The position numbers were made by a program, and so were the translations under genes. Of a DNA stretch of 64,000 nt, positions 59,222 to 64,000 are shown piece by piece. The DNA is from Terriglobia bacterium (GTDB taxonomy: Bacteria > Acidobacteriota > Terriglobia > 2-12-FULL-54-10). The DNA lies in the NCBI GenBank assembly GCA_963666975.2, contig CAXVYR010000003.1:288001-352000 (forward strand), in the 5' to 3' direction. Below the pieces are notes generated by a model, which was given only the letters and a program-made list of their open reading frames with translations, did not search any database and was not told the DNA's origin. The first letter of the stretch is position 1. Every line of letters starts with the position of its first letter.

Positions 59222-59256
59222 AATGCAACATAAAAATTGTTGTATTATGTTGCATT
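59222..59256. promoter_or_regulatory. Operator-like inverted repeat between divergent genes
   Basis: AATGCAACATAA-N11-TTATGTTGCATT, perfect 12-bp arms. Confidence 0.7.
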
Positions 59257-59314
59257 CTCATGATCTGTCTTGTATTCTGGAACGATAAGGATGTAGGACG
59301 AATTGCATAGCCAT

Positions 59315-60361
59315 ATGGCCTCTCGCGCCGACCAACGAGCTCAGAAGGAACTGGCGATTCTCCGCGAACGCTTTACTTCCTTGGAAGAGATGGCGGAAGC
59401 CTTGCGCGTCCATACAGGGTTTGAACAACTGCATCGCGCCACCCTATCCCGATGGATGGAACGTCCATCCGCCCGGTCGTCTCTGGCGGTCCAGATTCTG
59501 AATGCCCGCTTGCCTCCCGCGCGGCTTCGCATCGCGGAGCCGCATAGCTTGTCAGTACTTCCTTCTGCAATGCTCAGTTGGGAAGCGCAACTGCGCAAGC
59601 CTTATGGGCTGCTGCAAAAGCGATACGGACTTGCCACGGCAGAAGAGAAAACACGGAGCGGGGGTGATGCTTTCGAGTTGCTCGCCAAGGCCCGGGCGGA
59701 GATCGCCCTGGGCTCCACGGACCTGCTGACTCAATTGGGGCCCGATTGCCTGCGGGTCTGCTCTTTGTCGAAAGTTTACATCACCGGCGTTGCGCGTGTG
59801 CGGATTGAATCCGTGTCGGACCTGCAGGGCAAAACCTTCGGGTACTTGAAAGGTTCCGCATTTGGGATGCGACTGGAGCATCTCACCCGGACGTGGGGAA
59901 TTCGCCTGCCTACGCCTCTGAGTCTGGAGACGGTGAAACACTGCTGTCGGGCACTCCAGGCGGGAGGGATTCAAGGGATGTTTGGCTCGGAGCCATCCGT
60001 AAGCCAGGTCTCCCGGGCTCTCGGACGGTCGGTGCCGCTTTTTCCCATTCGGCAGGGCCTTCTCGGCTCCACCGAGATGCACGTGGCGGTCAACCTGCGG
60101 ACGGTGCATCCGGCGACAGTGCGGGCTTACTTATCCAGCTTGCAGGAAGCAATCCGTTACACGAATGGTCGAAAAGCGGTTCCGGCGTTCCATGCCGAGA
60201 TCGCTTCTCGATACCAGATGAATCCTTGGGACGTGCGGAACGTCCTCACGAATATTCATTTTTCTCTGGGTGACTTCGAGCCGGCCGCCCTACTCCGACT
60301 CTGGGAGCGCGAGGTCGTGGAACTGCGCAAGGGGGTTTGCGGGCCCGTCGGGGAGCGTTGA
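59315..60361 (+). CDS. Putative regulator: N-terminal HTH-like segment fused to a periplasmic-binding-protein type 2 (NMT1/SsuA-like) fold
   Basis: LHRATLSRW, SGGDAFELL, IESVSDLQGKTFGYLKGS, ALQAGGI...EP. No signal peptide. Confidence 0.6.
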   Translation: MASRADQRAQKELAILRERFTSLEEMAEALRVHTGFEQLHRATLSRWMERPSARSSLAVQILNARLPPARLRIAEPHSLSVLPSAMLSWEAQLRKPYGLLQKRYGLATAEEKTRSGGDAFELLAKARAEIALGSTDLLTQLGPDCLRVCSLSKVYITGVARVRIESVSDLQGKTFGYLKGSAFGMRLEHLTRTWGIRLPTPLSLETVKHCCRALQAGGIQGMFGSEPSVSQVSRALGRSVPLFPIRQGLLGSTEMHVAVNLRTVHPATVRAYLSSLQEAIRYTNGRKAVPAFHAEIASRYQMNPWDVRNVLTNIHFSLGDFEPAALLRLWEREVVELRKGVCGPVGER

Positions 60362-60438
60362 TCAGGAGCGCCTCGGTGCAGTGCATTGCTAGTGCAACTA
60401 CTTGGTTTGAATGGGATTCGGTCGTGTTTCGCCGGATA

Positions 60439-60512
60439 GGTCCTCACTAGTCGCCTAGCGTTTACCTATCCGGCTCGCAGGATAGGTCGCCACTACGCCG
60501 TTACTCATTACC
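60439..60512. repeat. Pair of Xer/dif-like sites
   Basis: GGTCCTCACTA-GTCGCC-TAGCGTTTACC, linker TATCCGGCTCGCAGGATA, GGTCGCCACTA-CGCCGT-TACTCATTACC. Inverted homologue of 28081-28154. Confidence 0.65.
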
Positions 60513-60991
60513 TATCTCCGCAGACAGGTCCACTGAGGGTGATTCTGCTGGGGAGCCAACTTCGGAAATGGGGGCGATTGATCCAGAGATTGTCCGCGCG
60601 AGGCTGCCGTCTCCAAACTCCTGGCTCTTGCAAGCAGCCCGGCGCAGTTCTTAGGAGATCTTTTGCCTTGACACCGCCTTCGCCCTTATCGATGGTATAG
60701 AAATTCTCGGATCGGTCAGGCAGCCGAAGCATTGCATACGGCACCTTCCCTTTTTTTCTTGGTGACCGGTTCTTCTTTATGGCAAGCGGCCCTCCATGAC
60801 CGCTGACCATTAATGAAGCTAGGAACCTCAGCGACGCATAGTTCCCGAGTGCTCCCTCAACAACCCATTCCGGGAGTATGGTCGCCAACTCGGAAAAAAT
60901 CCCAGTGCCTTGCGGCTCCTCCTCTGACGCAGCGGCCGCCTGGCCTAATCGGCATACCGAAAAGGTGAGCCGCGATCTGCATCGCCACGGC

Positions 60992-63196
60992 TCATGAGTC
61001 CGCTACAGTGGCGATCGGTTTCAGCCGATGGAGAAGCCCGGAGTACCGACGCTCGGTCCTGTTATTCTTAACCGCCATCCTGAATGCCTTCCTTTGTCCC
61101 ACGGTAACGACCAACTTCTTGCCCCGGGTTATCCCTGTGTAGATCATGTTGCGTTGAAGCAACATGTACTGCTCCATGGCCAGAGGGATTACAACGGCGG
61201 GAAATTCCGATCCCTGCGATTTGTGGATCGTGATGGCGTAAGCCGGAGAGATCTCATCCAGTTCTCCATAGTCATAGACGACAGCACGGTTGTCGAATCG
61301 AACGACAACTTCGCGCTCGATCAGATCGATGGTGTGGATCTGGCCGATGTCGCCGTTGAAAACCTCTTTCTCGTAATCGTTTTCGGTCTGGATGACCTTG
61401 TCCTGGGCCCGAAATATCCAACCAAACTTCTCTATCTCGGTTTTCTCCGCGCTCGGAGGATTGAGGGCTGCCTGCAAGCGTCCATTCAACTCCCGAATGC
61501 CGAGCAGACCACGATTCATAGGGCAAAGCACCTGGATATCCCGGATCGGGTCGAACTTGAACTTTTCTGGAATACGAGTTTGGACGAGTTCCAGCAACGT
61601 TTTGGAAGTCTGCTCCGAATCTGCCCGTTCGATGAAGTAAAAGTCGGAGTTCGAATCTGCCTTTTCGGCCGGCATCACTCCGTTTTTGATGCTGTGCGCC
61701 GATATTACGATCTGGCTGTTCTGGGCCTGTCGAAAGACTTCGGTCAGTGTCACCACGGGAATTATGCCACTTTGAATGATGTGGCTCAGGACCATGCCGG
61801 GTCCGACGGACGGCAGTTGGTCCACATCTCCCACAAGTATTAACCCCGCGTCCCTTGGGAGCGCCCGCAGAAGGTCACTCATCAGCAGAACGTCCAACAT
61901 GGAAGATTCGTCGACCACCAGCAGATTGCATTCGAGGGGATTCTTTTCATTTCGAGCGAATCGTGAGGATCTCGGTTGGACTTCGAGCAATCGATGAATC
62001 GTCTTTGCTTCTAGCCCCGTCGTCTCCGTAAGCCTTTTTGCTGCTCTGCCCGTCGGGGCGCAAAGCAGGCATTTCACTTTCTTGGCCCGGAGGATCATCA
62101 GGATGGAATTGATCAGGGTTGTCTTCCCGACCCCCGGTCCTCCTGTGATTACCACGGCCCGATGGCTGAGCACTTGGCGCAGAGCCGTGACCTGGCTCTC
62201 GGCCAGGGTCTTCCCAGTCTTTGCCTGACACCAGGAGACCGCACTCTCAAAGTCAACTTTGGGATAGGTCACTGGGTTTTCCGCCAGGCGCCTGATCGTT
62301 ACAGCAATTTCCTCTTCTGCCCTCAATAGATAAGGCAAAAAGATCAGGTCCTTGTCATTGATTTGTTCAAGGATCAGCTCGCCCTTGGTCACCATCCATC
62401 CGAGCGCCTGTTCGACAATACCTTTATCCACGCCCAACATCTCAACTGCCTTGGATTGCAGTACTTTCAGCGGGAGTGCGCAGTGGCCCTCGTTGGTTGC
62501 TTCCCACAACACATGGCTCAGCCCGGCGCGCGCACGGATGGGAGAATCCTTGGAAATGCCCACGTTCTGAGCAATCTGGTCTGCGGACTTGAAGCCAATG
62601 CCAAGGATATCCTTGGCGAGCGTGTAGGGGTTGCTACGAACCTGCTCGATAGCGTCGGCTCCGTAGGTCTTATAAATCCGGACTGCGCGGCTGGTGCTCA
62701 CCCCGTGCGAATGCAAGAACAACATGATTCCGCGAATGACCTTCTGCTCCGCCCAGGCGTTGGTGATTTTTACCCGTCGTCCCGGACCAATTCCCTTAAC
62801 CCTTTCCAAGTTTTTCGGGCGATTTTCAATCACATCAAAGATGTCTTCCCCGAATGCCTTTACCAGCTTTTTCGCATACACCGGCCCGATCCCTTTGACC
62901 ATTCCACCGCCGAGGTATTTCTCGATTCCCTCTCGCGTGGTCGGAGGAATGCACTTGAGTTGGGTCGCTTTGAGTTGTCGCCCGTGCTCTTTATCGATGA
63001 CCCAATTTCCTTCAGCGGTGACCCATTCGCCAGGGGTAACAGCGGGCACTGAGCCGACCACGGTCACCAGATCGCGGTGGTCCTTGGCTTTGACCCGAAG
63101 CACGCAGAAGCCGGTCTCTTCACTGAAAAAAGTGACGCGTTCGACGAGGCCCATGATTTGGTCGGAGCTCGACTGAGCTGGTTGATGGGTTGTCAT
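60992..63196 (-). CDS. recD2: ATP-dependent RecD-like DNA helicase RecD2
   Basis: N-terminal HhH extension, TGGPGVGKT, APTGRAAKR, VDESSM, GDVDQL, AYAITIHKSQGSE. Confidence 0.95.
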   Translation of the reverse strand: MTTHQPAQSSSDQIMGLVERVTFFSEETGFCVLRVKAKDHRDLVTVVGSVPAVTPGEWVTAEGNWVIDKEHGRQLKATQLKCIPPTTREGIEKYLGGGMVKGIGPVYAKKLVKAFGEDIFDVIENRPKNLERVKGIGPGRRVKITNAWAEQKVIRGIMLFLHSHGVSTSRAVRIYKTYGADAIEQVRSNPYTLAKDILGIGFKSADQIAQNVGISKDSPIRARAGLSHVLWEATNEGHCALPLKVLQSKAVEMLGVDKGIVEQALGWMVTKGELILEQINDKDLIFLPYLLRAEEEIAVTIRRLAENPVTYPKVDFESAVSWCQAKTGKTLAESQVTALRQVLSHRAVVITGGPGVGKTTLINSILMILRAKKVKCLLCAPTGRAAKRLTETTGLEAKTIHRLLEVQPRSSRFARNEKNPLECNLLVVDESSMLDVLLMSDLLRALPRDAGLILVGDVDQLPSVGPGMVLSHIIQSGIIPVVTLTEVFRQAQNSQIVISAHSIKNGVMPAEKADSNSDFYFIERADSEQTSKTLLELVQTRIPEKFKFDPIRDIQVLCPMNRGLLGIRELNGRLQAALNPPSAEKTEIEKFGWIFRAQDKVIQTENDYEKEVFNGDIGQIHTIDLIEREVVVRFDNRAVVYDYGELDEISPAYAITIHKSQGSEFPAVVIPLAMEQYMLLQRNMIYTGITRGKKLVVTVGQRKAFRMAVKNNRTERRYSGLLHRLKPIATVADS

Positions 63197-63468
63197 AGCA
63201 GAGCCGCAAATTATTATGAGGCCTCTTGGCCCGGGATGGACACCCGGCGAGGCGGGGAAGACCCCGCGCCGCTTTCTCTCAGACGGTTCCGCGGACCACA
63301 CCCTGAATGGAGGCAATAATCTTGTCGTCGGGGGGAAGCGGGTGAGGAACAGAGAAAGGGGAATTATTGCCGTGCTATTCTTTGAGTCGGGGGACGTCCT
63401 TGGGGTCCTGGGAATCCGCCTCTCCGCTGAGCTCCGCCGCGTTCGTTACGGCAGGCGCCGTGCTGTGT

Positions 63469-64000
63469 ATGAAGATTGCGACCTATAACGTCAACTCCAT
63501 TCGCAAACGCATGCCCATTGTCTTGGAATGGCTCAAGCTGCATGAACCCGATGTGCTGTGCCTACAGGAAACCAAGGTCCAGGATCAGGATTTCCCCTTT
63601 GCAGCGCTCAAGGATGCTGGGTATCACGTATCCTATTGGGGGATGAAGAGCTACAACGGCGTCGCGACCCTGAGCCTGCGGGAACCGGACAGGGTGATCT
63701 ATGGACTCGATGACCGCCCCGATAGCGAGGACGCCAGGATCTTGCAGACCGTCATTAACGGAATCCCTATCGTAAACTCTTATGTTCCGCAAGGCTCCAG
63801 CGTCGGCTCCGACAAGTATGCATTCAAGCTGGAGTGGTTCAGACTTTTCCGTCAGTATTTAGAAACGTATCTCCATCCCGACAGCCCGGCAATATGGGTC
63901 GGGGACCTCAATGTTGCCCCAGAAGCCATTGATGTCCATGATCCGGACAGCCGAGTCAGCGACCCAGACTTCCACATCGATGCACGCAACGCCTATAAAA
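63469..64000 (+). CDS. xth: Exodeoxyribonuclease III (runs off the window)
   Basis: MKIATYNVNSIR, DVLCLQETK, YNGVA, GDLNVAP. Confidence 0.93.
   Translation, partial: MKIATYNVNSIRKRMPIVLEWLKLHEPDVLCLQETKVQDQDFPFAALKDAGYHVSYWGMKSYNGVATLSLREPDRVIYGLDDRPDSEDARILQTVINGIPIVNSYVPQGSSVGSDKYAFKLEWFRLFRQYLETYLHPDSPAIWVGDLNVAPEAIDVHDPDSRVSDPDFHIDARNAYK

Noticed and set aside
59222-59256. Chromosomal dif site
   Set aside because: The arms resemble Xer arms but the spacer is 11 bp, not 6.
60508-60888. 126-aa minus-strand ORF downstream of recD2
   Set aside because: No recognisable family or RBS, and it ends inside a repeat; it cannot be supported.

Overview
This 64-kb window looks like an accessory, plasticity region of an Acidobacteria-like genome. 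The assignment is inferred from Oar-type TonB-dependent receptors, a VWA protein of acidobacterial type, and an NHL/BACON protein with a Solibacter-type C-terminal domain. Cargo genes: two TonB-dependent receptors, five paralogous exported Amidohydro_3 (YtcJ-like) enzymes with a non-canonical metal motif, two other amidohydrolases, SelO, a dienelactone hydrolase, an IorAB-type molybdoenzyme, and a catabolic operon (YciI, NAD-dependent dehydrogenase, hydantoinase A/B, Tat amidohydrolase, lipoyl carrier, E1 alpha/beta). RecD2 and xth lie at the right end. Mobile features: two tyrosine recombinases, a tRNA-fMet 3' att fragment, two HTH plus serine-resolvase pairs, and IS3, IS30, IS6, IS256 and IS1380 copies or remnants. 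Four signals are not explained by ordinary annotation. (1) About 17 intergenic 11-6-11 Xer/dif-like sites share spacers and linkers; they partition the cargo, sit in tandem just upstream of an intact tyrosine recombinase, and one is split at its exact centre by IS30. (2) Promoter plus 5'-end stubs of Ser/Thr kinase genes sit in front of three amidohydrolases. (3) IS1380-type right ends with outward promoters sit in front of five genes. (4) A candidate ~500-nt structured RNA displays two identical 29-nt C-rich loops. All calls were made by eye without database searches, and some duplications may be assembly artefacts.
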